Source: Centroscyllium fabricii (taxonomy: Eukaryota). Taken from it: a stretch of DNA of 64,000 bases. Made by a program: the position numbers and the translations under genes. How positions within the stretch are numbered: position 1 is the first letter of the stretch; each line of letters starts with the position of its first letter. This document shows positions 10,695 through 22,970 of this stretch, one piece after another. The stretch is taken from positions 359,042,001 to 359,106,000 of the forward strand of contig JBNRSN020000003.1 of assembly GCA_051313645.2 (NCBI GenBank), in the 5' to 3' direction. The notes below the pieces were generated by a model, which saw only the letters and a list, made by a program, of their open reading frames with translations, searched no databases and was not told where the DNA came from.

Positions 10695-13600
10695 TCAAAT
10701 TCAAATTCAAATTCAAATAGCTTTATTGGCATGAATGGTATCAACCGTTGTTGCCAAAGCATTGCAATATACATAAAAAAATAGTATATTAACAGACATA
10801 ATAACAACAGTACAAACAGAATATATATAACAGCATCCGTAATTATATCAATAGATATATAGTTTAAATGCAGTTTGTCACAGTGGTTTAACTGTGATCA
10901 GATTGGGACTGGGATGTCCAATGTTCAAGTGTTCTCTTGCGTCATGGCATGCTGTCACGTATTCTGCAGCTAACTCGAGAAGTTCTGGTGTTTCTCCCAG
11001 ACATATGCGTATTTTTTCGTCACATGTTTTGCTGTCATATGGTGGGATATTGTTTCTAACTTGATTTAGGAAAGCTCCTCTGAGGGAATCATATGCTGGG
11101 CATGAGAGGAGAAAATGGAATTCCGTTTCTATCTCTCCTGAATCACAATTTTTACATATCCTCTTTTCTCTTGGTGTCCATTGTTTCCTATGGCGTCCCT
11201 TTTCTATTTCTAGTTTGTGGTTACTCAGTCTGTACATTGTTAATGTCCGTCTTTGTTTGAGGTTTTTTATATTAACAAGGTACTGTGCTAATGTGTAATT
11301 TTTATTCAATGATCGATAGCATTCTAATTTGTTTATATAGTTGATTTCGTGTAGCCAATTTCCGATGTATTCTGATTTATTTTTGTTGTCTATTGTTTTT
11401 AGATCTTTGTTTGAAAGATTGTGAAGGGCCTCATTTTGGAGATTATGTGTTTCCTTGATATGTTGCAGGCGGTCTGTCTCTGAGCAGAGGGAGTTGCTCA
11501 TGAATGCTCTGTGTTGGTAGGACTCGGGGTTAGACTGGGCTAAGTGAGCCTGAAATTTAATGGCCCTTTTTTCCATGTTGACGGACAAAGGGAACTGACC
11601 CAGCTCTGCTCTGCAGGCATGGTTCGGGCTGTTTCTATTGATTTTGAAGATGTCTTTACAGAACTCAAGGTGTAGTTTTTCTGTAGGATTTGTGTCCCAT
11701 GATGCGCGTTTTTGGTTTATAAGAGGTCCCCATACCTCACTCCCATACAGAAGAATAGGTTGAATTAGCGTTTTGAAGATTTTTAGCCAAATTTTTATTG
11801 GGGGGTTGAATTTGTTTATTGACCGTCTGATGCAATAGTAGGCCCTGCGTGCTTTATCTGTCAATGCATTCATGGCTTTGTCGAATCTGCCCGACGCACT
11901 GATTGTTATTCCTAGATAGTTGTATTCCGTAGTGTGTTGTAATGTGGTTTCCCCTAGAGTAAATCGGTATTTGGATGCCTGTGATCTGGCTTTTTTCTGA
12001 AACACCATAATCTTGGTTTTATTTAGATTTATGTCTAGTGCCCAGTTTTTACAGTAGTTCTCTAACAGTGATAGGTTCTGCTGCAAACCTTGTTCTGTAG
12101 GAGATATCAGGACCAGGTCGTCTGCGTACATGAGGAACTTGATTTATTTTCCGTGTAGAGATAATGTAGGACTTGGGGATTGTTCGAGTATATTCGCCAG
12201 TTTGTTAATGTAGATGTTGAATAGTGTAGGAGATAGGTTGCAGCCTTGGTGAACTCCTCGATTCTGAGTGAAAAGCTCAGTTCTTTTGTGACCAATTTTC
12301 ACAGAGCATTTGTTAGCAGAGTATTTGGATTTAATTAGATCATATATTTTACCACCTATCCCACTTTGAAGGAGTTGAAACAGTAGTCCATTATGCCAAA
12401 TTGAGTCAAATGCCTTTTTTAGGTCTACAAAACAGGCAAATATTTTTCCTTTTTTTTTTTGTGGACCTGGTTTTTGATGAGTGTATGTAAAGTGTAAATG
12501 TGGTCTGATGTTTGATGTTTGGGTAAGAAACCGATTTGGCTCTTTGATAGGACATTGTGTTCAGTTAGGTATGTTAGTAGTCTGGTGTTGAGTATGCTAC
12601 AAAAGACTTTTCCAAGGTTACTATTGACGCATATCCCTCTATAGTTGTTGGGGTCAAATTTGTCCCCGTTTTTGAATATTGGGGTGATGAGTCCTTTGTT
12701 CCAGATCGTGGGGAAACTTCCTGTTTTCAGTACTAAGTTAAAAAGTTTCAGGATGGCAATCTGAAGTTTAGGACTACTGTGTTTCAGCATTTCTGGGTTA
12801 ATGTTGTCGATTCCACAAGCCTTTCCTTTTTTAAGGGTTTTGAGTTTTTGTTGTAGTTCTTTAATTGTGACGGGATAGTCAAGAGCACATTGGTTATCTT
12901 TTATTGCAGTCTCTAATACTTTTAGTTTTTCAATAATTGAGGTCTGGTTAGAGTTTGGACTGTGACTTTCTGGGTTCTTATAAAGGTCTTCAAAGTAGTT
13001 TTTCCAGATCTTGCCATTTTGGATTGGAGTGTTCTCTTTATGAGGAGTTGGATTCATTTTTTTCCATAAATGCCAGAATGTATTTTCGTTGACGGCTTTT
13101 TCGATTTTGGCTAGTTCTCTCTCCATGTATTGTGTTTTTTTTACACGGAGCTGTTTCCTATATTGCTGTAAGGCCTTAAGGTATTCATGGCGTTTTATCT
13201 GGTCGTTTTGGTTTCTATGTTTTTTGTTTGACAATATCCTCAGTTTTTTCCTTGATGAAGCACATTCTTTGTCAAACCATTTCTCTTTTTGTTGTGTGCT
13301 TGGTTTTCTACTTGTTGACATTTTTAGTTTAGATTTTTTTGCCAAATGGATAAATATTTTGTTTAGATCGCATGTGGCCAAATTAATGTTTTTTTTATTG
13401 AGTTGATACTGTGTATTCAGAAATGTATCTAGTATGTATTGTGTTTCATCACAGTATAGTGCTGCAGTGTAGTCAGTTGTACTATTCTCTGTCCATTTGT
13501 ATTTCCTTGGAAGAGGGAGGAGGTTGGGTTTAGTGTTCGGGTTCTCTTTGTGTGTCACTGCTTTTTTTAAGTATAAGGTTGTTTGGCAGTGGTCTGATAT

Positions 13601-14278
13601 GGGAAGTTGGGGCGAGACTACGAATGCATTGATATGTTGAGGTTCCATGTCAGTAATGGCATAATTTACCACGCTATTTCCCAGCACGGAGCAGTAGGTG
13701 AATCTACCTAGAAAGTCCCCCCTGAACCTGCCATTAATAATGTACAAACCCAGACCTTTGCACATTTGAATTACCTGTTTGCCGGTTTTATTTACTACAC
13801 TGTCATAACTTTTTCTCTGTGTGGTTATGGAGGTTTGGTATAAAGGGGTTTGTCTAAATATATGTTTGTTTCCTTCCACACTGATAAAATCTGGCTCCCT
13901 ACCGGTCCTGGCATTAAGGTCACCACTTAGTAGGATTGATCCTAGATTTTGGAAATGACTTATTTCCTTTTGGAGATTTTTAAAGTCCTCCTCTACGTGG
14001 TAGGGGGAATTTAAAGGTGGGATATAGGCTGCACACAGATAGACATCCCTGCTGTTTTCCAAGATACCTGTATTGATCTTAATCCAAATATGGTTTTTTC
14101 CTTTCTTGACTGCTGAAATTGAGTCTTTGTGCTCCCCTTTATACCACACGAGGATCCCGCCGGAGTCTCTGCCATTTTTGACATGGGCCAGTTTTACAGA
14201 GGGAACGATGAGTTCTATGTAGTTGTTCGGACAATTGGAGTGTTTTATGTTCCAGGTTTCAGTCAAAATAATTATATC
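10695..14278 (-). mobile_element. RTE-X-like LINE, near-complete APE+RT+zinc finger ORF, frameshift in an A-run near 12455 and in-frame TAA near 12145
   Basis: ILTETW, GDLNAR, SDH, NNYRGI, GVHQGCNLSP, MYADD and a C-terminal CCHC finger. (TTTGAA)n tail after AATAAA. Confidence 0.85.
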
Positions 14279-15124
14279 CCCCCCCCCCCCCCCCAAGTCA
14301 CTCCCCCCCCCCCAAGTCACTCCCCCCCCCAAGTCACTCACCCCAAATCACCTCCCCCCCCAAATCACTCCCCCCCCCAAATCACTCCCCCCCCCCCCCA
14401 AATCACTCCCCCCCCCCCAAATCACTCCCCCCCCCCAAATCACTCCCCCCCCCCAAATCACTCCCCCCCCCCAAATCACTCCCCCCCCCCCCAAATCACT
14501 CCCCCCCCCCCCCGCCAAATCACTCCCCCCCCCCCCGCCAAATCACTCCCCCCCCCCCCCCAAATCACTCCCCTCCCCCCCCCCCCCCCAAAATCACTCC
14601 CCCCTCAAGTCACTCCTCCCCCTCCTGCTCCCAGCTCCTGGGGACGGAAGCAGGAAATGTGGCCTATCTGGAGGCTGAGCCCCGCCGGCAGAGCGCCCGC
14701 TAATCTGTTCGATGCCATTGAGAGCGTCTTGAATGAAGTTGAATGTTGCTCGCTGCCTGTTGCGGGCACTGAGCTGGCCGCCCTGCCTCTGCTCCTTCAG
14801 TGAGTGCCTGTGTTAATCTTCAATGAACATTGTGTGCCGGAGATTGTTTTTATCTTTGTGGGTGTCGCTGGCGAACCCGGCATTTCTCCAGAAACTTTGC
14901 TCTCTGCTGTTTGGTGCCATTCGAGTCTTTGATGTGCTGCCATTTTCCAGAAACGGCTGTGAGCAAATCGCTGTCCTGTGGGTTGTGACAATCGCTTCTC
15001 AGCAACTGGATGTGGACCTTGCTGCTGAGTGGGGACTGGGGCTGGTCCGGAATAAATCGGGCGGCCCGAACCTTGGCTTGTCCTCCCCGGGCTCAGCTCC
15101 TCACTGAAGGTGAGTCCCTGCACT

Positions 15125-15300
15125 GGGGGGGGAGGACAGGACGGGGGGTGAGGGGGGCAGGACGGGGGGGTCAGGGGGGCAGGACGGGGGGTAGGGGGGC
15201 AGGGGGGGTGAGGGACAGGACAGGGGGGGAGGAGGGGAGGGGGGGAGGGGGGGAGGACAGGACAGGGGGAGGGGGGGAGGACAGGACAGGGGGAGGGGGC
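15125..15300. repeat. G-rich low-complexity repeat (Gn-GGACAGGAC)
   Basis: Repeated GGACAGGAC cores between G runs. Confidence 0.8.
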
Positions 15301-15899
15301 ACAATCAAAGCTCAGCCACAGCGGCCAGAGTCCGGCTGCTTGCCGGAGTTGTCCCACTGGCGGGGGTGGCTTCGCTCAACACCAGCTCACAATCGCTCGC
15401 ATCATCCGGAACTTGTGTTTGCCACAGTCAGCAGCGATTGCATTGCCAAGTGTGTGCAGAAAGTTCAGAGGCGGTAATGTGCAGATAGTCGGTGTGCCTG
15501 CATTCTCAGCAAGAGGGTGGATCTGGTGTCAGTGCTGCGGTGGGAACACTTCGCTTTGTAGCTGGCGTCATGTTGCTCTTCCCGCCCAAAACCCCTCTCC
15601 GGACGTCGCTCTGTGTCCCGCTACCACCGAGCCGCAGTAGAAATTTAGATGTTGCCTCAGTTGCACAAGATGGATTTAAAAAATCGGAATATTAGGAACA
15701 GGAGCAGACTATTGAGCCCCTCAAGCCTGCTCTGTCAGTCAATGAGATCATGTCTAAGATGTACCTCAGCTACATTTACCTGCCTTTGCCCCATGACCCT
15801 TTGTAACAAAAAAATGATCAACCTCAGTCTAGAATACTTCAATAGTCTTAGCAGCCACAGTCTTTATCATATATTTGTATAATGTTGAATTCAGTATTA

Positions 15900-16205
15900 T
15901 TTTTGACAGTAGGCTCCCGAGGTATGGAAAGTGGTCCACGTTGTCCAAGGCCTTGTGATGGATTTTGATAATCGGGGGCAGTACAGTGTGGCGGGGGCAG
16001 GTTGGTAGAGGACCTTTGTCTTACCGATGTTTAGTGTAAGGCCCATGCTCTTGTACGCTTCGGTGAAGTGTTGACGATGGTTTGCAGTTCGACCTCCGAG
16101 TGAGCGCAAATACAAGCATCATCTGCATACTGTAATTCAGCGACAGAGGATCGGACGACCTTGGATCTGGACTGGAGGCAACGGAGGTTGAACAGTTTCC
16201 CATTT
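15900..16205 (-). mobile_element. RTE (BovB-like) LINE RT fragment
   Basis: Minus-strand frames give GKLFNL..., ELQYADDA, MGLTLNIGKTKVLYQPAP, DHFPYLGS. Confidence 0.75.
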
Positions 16206-16244
16206 GATATATTGAAATATACCCCATTGATATACTGATATATT

Positions 16245-16640
16245 CCCCATTGATATATACCACAAAAAGCAAGGGACCTAGTACTGAGCCCTGCGGAACC
16301 CCACTGGAAACAGCCTTTCAGTCACAAAAACACCCATCAACCATCACCCTCTGCTTCCTGTCTCCGAGCCAGTTTTGAATCCAAATTGACACTTTGCCCT
16401 GATCCCATGGGCTTTTAACTTTGTGACCAGTCTGCCATGTGGAACCTTATCAAAAGCCTTGCTAAAGTCCATATAAACTACATCAAATGCACTACCCTCA
16501 TCTACCCTCCTTGTTACCTTCTCAAAAAATTCAATCAAGTTTGTCAGACACGGCCTGCTCTTAACAAACCCATGCTGACTATCGTTGACTAATCCGTGTC
16601 TTTCTAAATGAAGATGTCCTTCAGAATTCTTACCAATAAT
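16245..16640 (-). mobile_element. CR1 LINE RT fragment
   Basis: LIEFFEKVT...DVVYMDFSKAFDKVPH; [11 protein letters not shown]. Confidence 0.85.
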
Positions 16641-16936
16641 TCAGTAGCAGATGGGCTGAGGTGGGGCAGGTTAGACGGGCAACATTATGAGGTGGAAGTC
16701 GGCAGTCTTGGTGACGGAGAGGAGATGGGGCCAGAAGCTCAGCTCAGCAGATGACGGTGAGTTTGTGAGTGGCCTGGTTCAGCCTCGGACAGTTGCCATG
16801 GACGGGGATGGATTCTGTGACTATGGAACAAAGTTTATGGTGGGAACCTATGACAATGGCTTCGGTCTTCCCGTTATTTAATTGGAGGAAATTTCTGCTC
16901 CTCCAGTACTGGATGTCAGACAAGCAGCGTGACAGG

Positions 16937-17580
16937 TTAAAAAGGCATATGGGATACTTGCCTTCATTAGCCGATGCATAGAATATAAGAGCAGGGAGGT
17001 TATAACGGAGCTGTACAAAATGCTGGTAAGGCCACAGCTGGAGTACTGTGTGCAGTTCTGGTCACCACACTATAGGAAGGATGTGACTGCTTTGGAGAGG
17101 GTGCAGAGGAGATTCACCAGGATGTTACCTGGGCTGAAGCGCTTCAGCTATGAAGAAAGACTGGACAGGCTGGGGTTGTTTTCCTTGGAGCAGAGAAGGC
17201 TGAGGGGGGACATGATTGAGGAATACAAAATTATGAGGGGCATAGATAGGGTAGATAGGAACTTTTTCCGTTAGTAGAGGGGTCAATAACAAGGGGCAAT
17301 AGATTCATGGTAAGGGGCAGGAGGTTTAGAGGGGATTTGAGGAAGAACTTTTTCACCCAGAGGGTGGTTGGAATCTGGAACTCACTGCCTGAAAGGGTGG
17401 TAGAGGCAGGAATCCTCACAACATTCAAGAAGCATTTAGATGAACACTTGAAATGCCATAGCATACAAGGCTACGGAGCAAATGCAGGAAAATGGGATTA
17501 GAATAGACAGGACTTGATGGCCGGCGCGGACGTGATGGGCTGAAGAGCCTCTTTCTGTGCTGTAAAACTCTATGACTCTA
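16937..17580 (+). mobile_element. CR1 LINE 3' fragment
   Basis: LVRPQLEYCVQFWSP, RKNFFTQRVV and a CTCTATGA-type tail. Confidence 0.88.
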
Positions 17581-18384
17581 AATCATAAGCAATGGAGGGG
17601 TCAAGATGCTGGTGAGGTAGAGCAGAGTGTTGTCAGCATACATGTGTAATCTGACATTATGGGCTGGAGTTTCTCAGCCCCGAGCAGGCGGGACTGTTGG
17701 TATAGTTGCAGAAAGTGGGGGCGGGTGGCAAACCCTCCCACATCCTGCCTCCATGCCCTCTTGCCAGGAGCCGGGAAGTCGTTCTGCCCCGGGTCCCATC
17801 TCCTCGAGGCGGGAAAGGGATAACATCCTTTTAACTGCCTGTTAACAGGTAGTTAACAGGCAGAAAAAAGGATTAGTCCCATTTACCTTTTCAGGTAAAG
17901 GCTTCCCGACATCGGAGAACCCATCGGGTGGGAGGAGTCGAGTAGGAGGTTTGCGGGTGTTGGAGGGGCCTGAAAGTGAGATGTAGAGGTGAATGATGGG
18001 TACAAGTGTGGAGTGGTAAGTATGTGAGGTGAGTGTTAAGTGTTAGAAAATGTTCACTTACCTTTGCTTCTGCCTACTGCCTTCAGCTGCTGTGACTCCA
18101 GAGTCCCCAACATCTCCATTGTAGATTTCACAGACTGGCTGTTGGATTCTCCGAACCAACAGTCATCTGCTTTCTACAAAGTTGACCGGTTTGATGAGTC
18201 CTGAATGCAAGGTCTTATCAAACTATACAGAATGTCAGTGTTTCACATCTTCACAGAACTGTCAAATGCTGACATTTCTTCTTTCAAGAAGTCTTGACAG
18301 ATAATGTACTCTGTCAGTGACTTCCCCCTAATTGGCCTGCTGATCCCGCAGGGCGAGCTTAACAAGGTCAATCAGGGGAAAATC

Positions 18385-19725
18385 TCACTGGTTGGCCAAA
18401 ACATGATGGAGGCGGGACTTAGACCTGACAAGCAGCAGTCTCGCCTCCAGCACGTCTCCATTCACAAAATTCAGCCCTATGTTTTCAGATGATGTCGTCG
18501 AGGGACAGCATGTAGGTGAGAAATAGGAGGGGGCTCTGGATACATCCTTGGGTGAATCCAGAGGTAATGGAACGGGAAGAGAAGCCATTGGCTACAACTG
18601 GATAGCTAAGAGTGGAATGAAAACAGAAAGAGAAACAGAGTTAATGTTTCAGGTCCGCAGTATTTTGTTTATGTTTTAGAGAAGAATGGAATCAGGCGAA
18701 CTCAGCTGGATGACGGAAAGGAATTGGAGGAGGATAGTGTGGTAAACTGTGTCAAATGCTGCAGACAGATCGAGAAGGATGAGGAGGGATAGAGCACCAC
18801 AGTCACAGTTACACAGGATGACATCTGTGACTTTGATTTATAGCTGCTTCATTGCTGAAAGATGGGCACAGATTTGGGAGGCTACACAACATTCGAGAAC
18901 AGTAATTTGGAATGTGATTGAAGAGGGAGCGAGAGAAAACATTTGCTTATGGCTGAATAAACAGTAAGGGCGAGGCTTTCCATGATCAATAATCCTGGGC
19001 ATTGGACCTTTCTGCTCTTTATGCTTCAAAACCACACTCTGCTGCTTTATACCCATCAATCAATCGGGAACTTTATACCCATTAATCGGGAACTGCCAAG
19101 TTTCAAATAATAATAACTATCATATACAGTTTATTTAACTAGTATTTTAATGTTCAATGCGGTGAGCTTCCACGTGTACACTGGCAGCACACAGCTCTAC
19201 CTCCAACACCTGTCTTGATCCTTGCACTGGCTCTGTGCTGTCAGGCTGTTTGTTTGACATCCAGTCTGGAATGAGCCACAGTTTTCTCCATTGTCTTCAG
19301 CTGCCACCTCAAACTCCTTTCCTTCACCACTGATTCCCTCGCTCTCCCTGGCCACTGTCTCAGGCTGAACCAGACTGTTCGCAAGCACAATATCCTATTC
19401 AAACTCCAAGCTGAGCTTCCAATCACATACCCTCTCCTTCAAAAAGACCGCCTACTTCTATCTCCATAACATGCCCACCTCCACCCATGCCTCAGACCAT
19501 TTGCTGCTGAAACCCTCATCCTTGCCTTTGTCACTTCCATACTCAACAATGCTCTCCTGCTTTGTCTCCCATCTGTAAACTTCAGCTCAACAAAAACTCT
19601 GCTGCCCTATCCTATCCTATTCCGCACCAAGTCCCGCTCACCCATTAGCCCTATTCTTGCTGACCTACATTGGCTCCCTGTTCCCACAAAGCCTCAAAAT
19701 AAAAATTCTCATCCTTGTGTTTAAG
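18385..19725. mobile_element. Degraded L2-type LINE fragments (about 18385-18900 minus, 19165-19725 plus)
   Basis: Remnants resembling DLSAAFDTV, GxPQGxxLGP, AETLIxAFVTS, LQLxxNSAA and LxWLP. Confidence 0.6.
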
Positions 19726-19739
19726 AATTTGTATTTTAG

Positions 19740-20160
19740 AATTTGTATTTATATATCACCTTTCATGACCTCTGGTTGTTCCAAAGTGCTTTATAGACCA
19801 TGAAGTACTTTTTGGAGTGGTCACTTGTACTGTAGGAAATGCAGCAGCCAATTTGTGCACAGCAAGCTCCCACAAACAGCAATGTGATAATGACCAGATA
19901 ATCTGTTATAGTGATGTTGATTGAGAGATAAATATTGGCAAGACACTGGGAGAATTTCCCCAGCTCCTCTTTGAAATAGAGCCATATCCACCTGAGGGGG
20001 CAGATGGAACATCAGTTTAATGTCTCATCCGAAAGGCAGCACTCCCTCAGTACTGCACTGCAGCATCATCCTAGATTATGTGCTCAAGTTTCTGGAGCAG
20101 GGCTTGATCACACAACCTTCTGACTCAGAGACAAGAGTGTTACCCACTGAGCCAAACCTG
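19740..20160 (-). mobile_element. tRNA-headed SINE with Deu/LF-type core (SacSINE1-like)
   Basis: Minus strand TGGCTCAGTGGG A-box, then CAGTGCAGTACTGAGGGAGTGCTGC...TTTCGGATGAGAC core and an L2-like tail. Confidence 0.6.
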
Positions 20161-21291
20161 GCACCGCCCCGCCCTGTCTCTGTAATCTGCAGCGCTAAAG
20201 CCAAAGTTGCTGCTGGTGGCTGAGACTGCTGGTATTTGAAAAATCCTCAGGGTAAGGTTATTAAACTACTGTACTCTATTTTGGGTCTTCAGATTGAATG
20301 AAATGTCCCAATGTATTGGCATAGTCTCAGCCCTGGGAAACTGGGTAATGCAATCAGCAGTTAAATATATATCTTACACAGTTGTGCACCATTTTCCAAA
20401 TCTGAGCCCGTGGTGCATATAAACTATGTTGGAATGCATAGTACATTTGTGTAAATGATTTCAAGAAAATTTAAATGTTTGGAGTTAGCATTTTATCTTC
20501 ACCAATTGCAATCAGTGAAGCCAAACAGAGCTGTAGGTGCCACATTTAGTTTTCGATGTATGCTTGAATTAGCTGATCTCATGGCAGAAGTTGGTCGGGA
20601 TGGGGGGGGGGTGCAGGGGGCGGGTAGAACTATTGGATTGCTGCAGTTGCCTTCGACGTTCCTGGGGTAGGGAAAATTCAACCAGGGTTCACACTACTGA
20701 TCACTATCCACTGACTCCTGCAGAAGTGTGCAGGCGTGGAATTAAGATGCTCTTTATCGTTCAGTGGCCTTATGACACTCATGGTCTAGGTACACATGTG
20801 AAGAATGGCCACTTGTCCAAAGTACTGGTGGGGGGGCGGGGGGCAGGTGGCTGTGGAGTGGGCTGGTTGTCTACCCCCTGTTCCGCTTCCGTTAAAACTG
20901 GAAGTGGCCGAGTTGGAGCTGGATTGGGCTTGAGTTTAAGATTTAAAAGAAAATTAACACCCCACCCGCTTTTTTTGGTTAAAACTCCCCCCTTGGTATC
21001 TACATGAATGGGATTCCAAAAGAATGGATCCAAGATCAGTCGTCACCGTTCACACTCACTGATGAAAACTGAAGGTTTTTCTGTGTTTAGTTTTTTGTTT
21101 TTATGATCGCAAAAGTACAATTAGAATTAAACCTCTTTTTGAGGGTGCAGAGGTCTCTTCATTGGATGGGAACTAGGAAAGAATGTAGTTACAATTTAAA
21201 TGTAAACAGATGATATTTATCTCCATAACTGGCCCTGTATTTGTGCTCATTGGGAATGGGACAGGGAATAACATTAGCAACCTAATATTGT

Positions 21292-22970
21292 ACATAAGAA
21301 CATCAGAAATAGGAGCAGGAGTCGGCCATTTAGCCCCTCGAGCCTGCTCCACCATTCAATAAGATCATGGCTGATCTCCTGCCTCATCTCCACTCTCCTG
21401 CACTATCCCCATACCCCTTGATTCCCTTAATATTCAAAAATCTATCGATCTCTGCCTTGAATATACTCAATGACTGAGCATCCACAGCCCTCTGGGGTAG
21501 AGAATTCCAAAGATTCACCGCCCTCTGAGTGAAGAAATTTCTCATCTCAGTCCTAAATGGCCGACCCCTTATTCCGAGACTGTGACCCCTGGTTCTAGAC
21601 TCTCCAGCCAGGGGAAACATCCTCTCTGCATCTACCCTGTGAAACCCTATAAGAATTTTGTATGTTTCAATGAGATCACCTCTCATTCTTCTGAACTTCA
21701 GAGAATATAGGCCTAGTCTACTCAATCTCTCCTCATAGGACAAGCCCCCATCCCAGGAATCAGTCTGGTGAATCTTCGTTGTACTCCCTCTATGGCAAGT
21801 ACAGGTTGAACACCGTTAATCCGGCACAGGTGGGACCAGGCCCGTGCCGGTATAGTGAAAAAATGGAAGAATGAAGCCGTCCAGTGCACATGCGCGCACC
21901 ATTCAAAATGGCCATGCGCAGAACATTGGGAATGGCCGCCGTGAAGTTTTGAATGATCTGCGCATGCGCTGCTGAATGGCGAGCGCATGCGCAGATCATT
22001 CAGAATGGCCACTGGAAGTCGGGCCCTCGATGTCGGGCATCTGCTCCTCATCTGACAGGTTGGAGAAAGCCTCCTCCTTCTCGTCTCCCAGCGACTCCGA
22101 GCCGCTGGAGCTCTCGGCCTCCGAGTCCGAGTCGCTGCTGAAGCCGCTGCAGTTTCCATGGGGTCAGCATCTCCTGGAAAATGTGCCGGGCCTGCTGGCT
22201 GATCAAAGGCAGGACTGGGCTCTGCTGCTCTCTGTCACCTGTCCTCTCCTGTCTGTCTGCTCGCCCCGAGTGCTCTGCTGGGCTGGGTTGTGTGCAGAGT
22301 TCGCGGCGGCCATTTTGAATGATCTGCACATGCGCTCGCCATTCGGCGGTGCATGCGCAGATCATTCGCCGAAGCATCAATCGCGGCGGCCATTTTGCGC
22401 ATGCGCAGGGCAGTCGGGGCAATTTATGCCGGACGACTGTAAGTTGCCGGCTTTTCGGTTACCGGATTAACGGTCTTCAACCTGTGTATCCTTCCTTAGG
22501 TAAGGAGACCAAAACTGTACACAATACTCCAGGTGTGGTTTCACCAGGGCCCTATAGAATTGCAGTAAGATGTCTTTACTCTTATCCTCTTGTAATAAAG
22601 GCCAACATACCATTTGTTTTCCTAATTGCTCGCGGTACCTGCATGTTGACTTTCAGTGATTCATGTAAAAGGACACCCAGGTCCCTCTGAACACCAACAT
22701 TTCCTTGTCTCTCACCATATAAAAACGACTCTGTTTTTCTTTTTTTCCGACCAAAGTGGATAACTTCACATTTCTTCACATTATATTCCATTTGCCATGT
22801 TCTTGCCCACTCACTTAGCCTGTCTATATCCCCTTGAATCCTCCTCACAACTTACATTTCCACCCAACTTTGTATCATCAGCAAACCTGTATATATTACA
22901 TTTGTTCCTCTCATCCAAATCATTGATGTAGATTGTGAATATCTGAGGCCCAAGCACTGCTCCTTGCTGC
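21292..22970 (-). mobile_element. CR1 LINE 3' half, interrupted by a MITE
   Basis: ORFs 21384-21743 and 22582-22848 have CR1 RT C-terminal motifs; CR1 3' UTR and TTCTTATG tail. Confidence 0.88.
21802..22484. mobile_element. Tc1/mariner-pogo (Tigger-like) MITE, copy 1
   Basis: TIR CAGGTTGAACACCGTTAATCCGG...CCGGATTAACGGTCTTCAACCTG, inserted at a TA (TA/TG) of the host CR1. Confidence 0.85.

Larger units (their letters stand above)
1079..14630. repeat. C-rich satellite, unit about 13-17 bp (Cn-AAGTCACT and variants), in four blocks: 1079-1170, 2300-3176, 5975-10695, 14279-14630
   Basis: Hundreds of (A/C)AGTCAC(AC)T or AAATCACT cores separated by C runs of variable length. Confidence 0.95.

Noticed and set aside
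5975-10695. Telomeric repeat or CRISPR array
   Set aside because: No TTAGGG units, no unique spacers and no cas genes; eukaryotic context.
5940-10720. 1019-aa, 645-aa and 369-aa Pro/Ser/His-rich extensin-like ORFs
   Set aside because: The C-rich satellite strand has almost no stop codons in any frame; several frames are open at once and C-run lengths do not keep frame.
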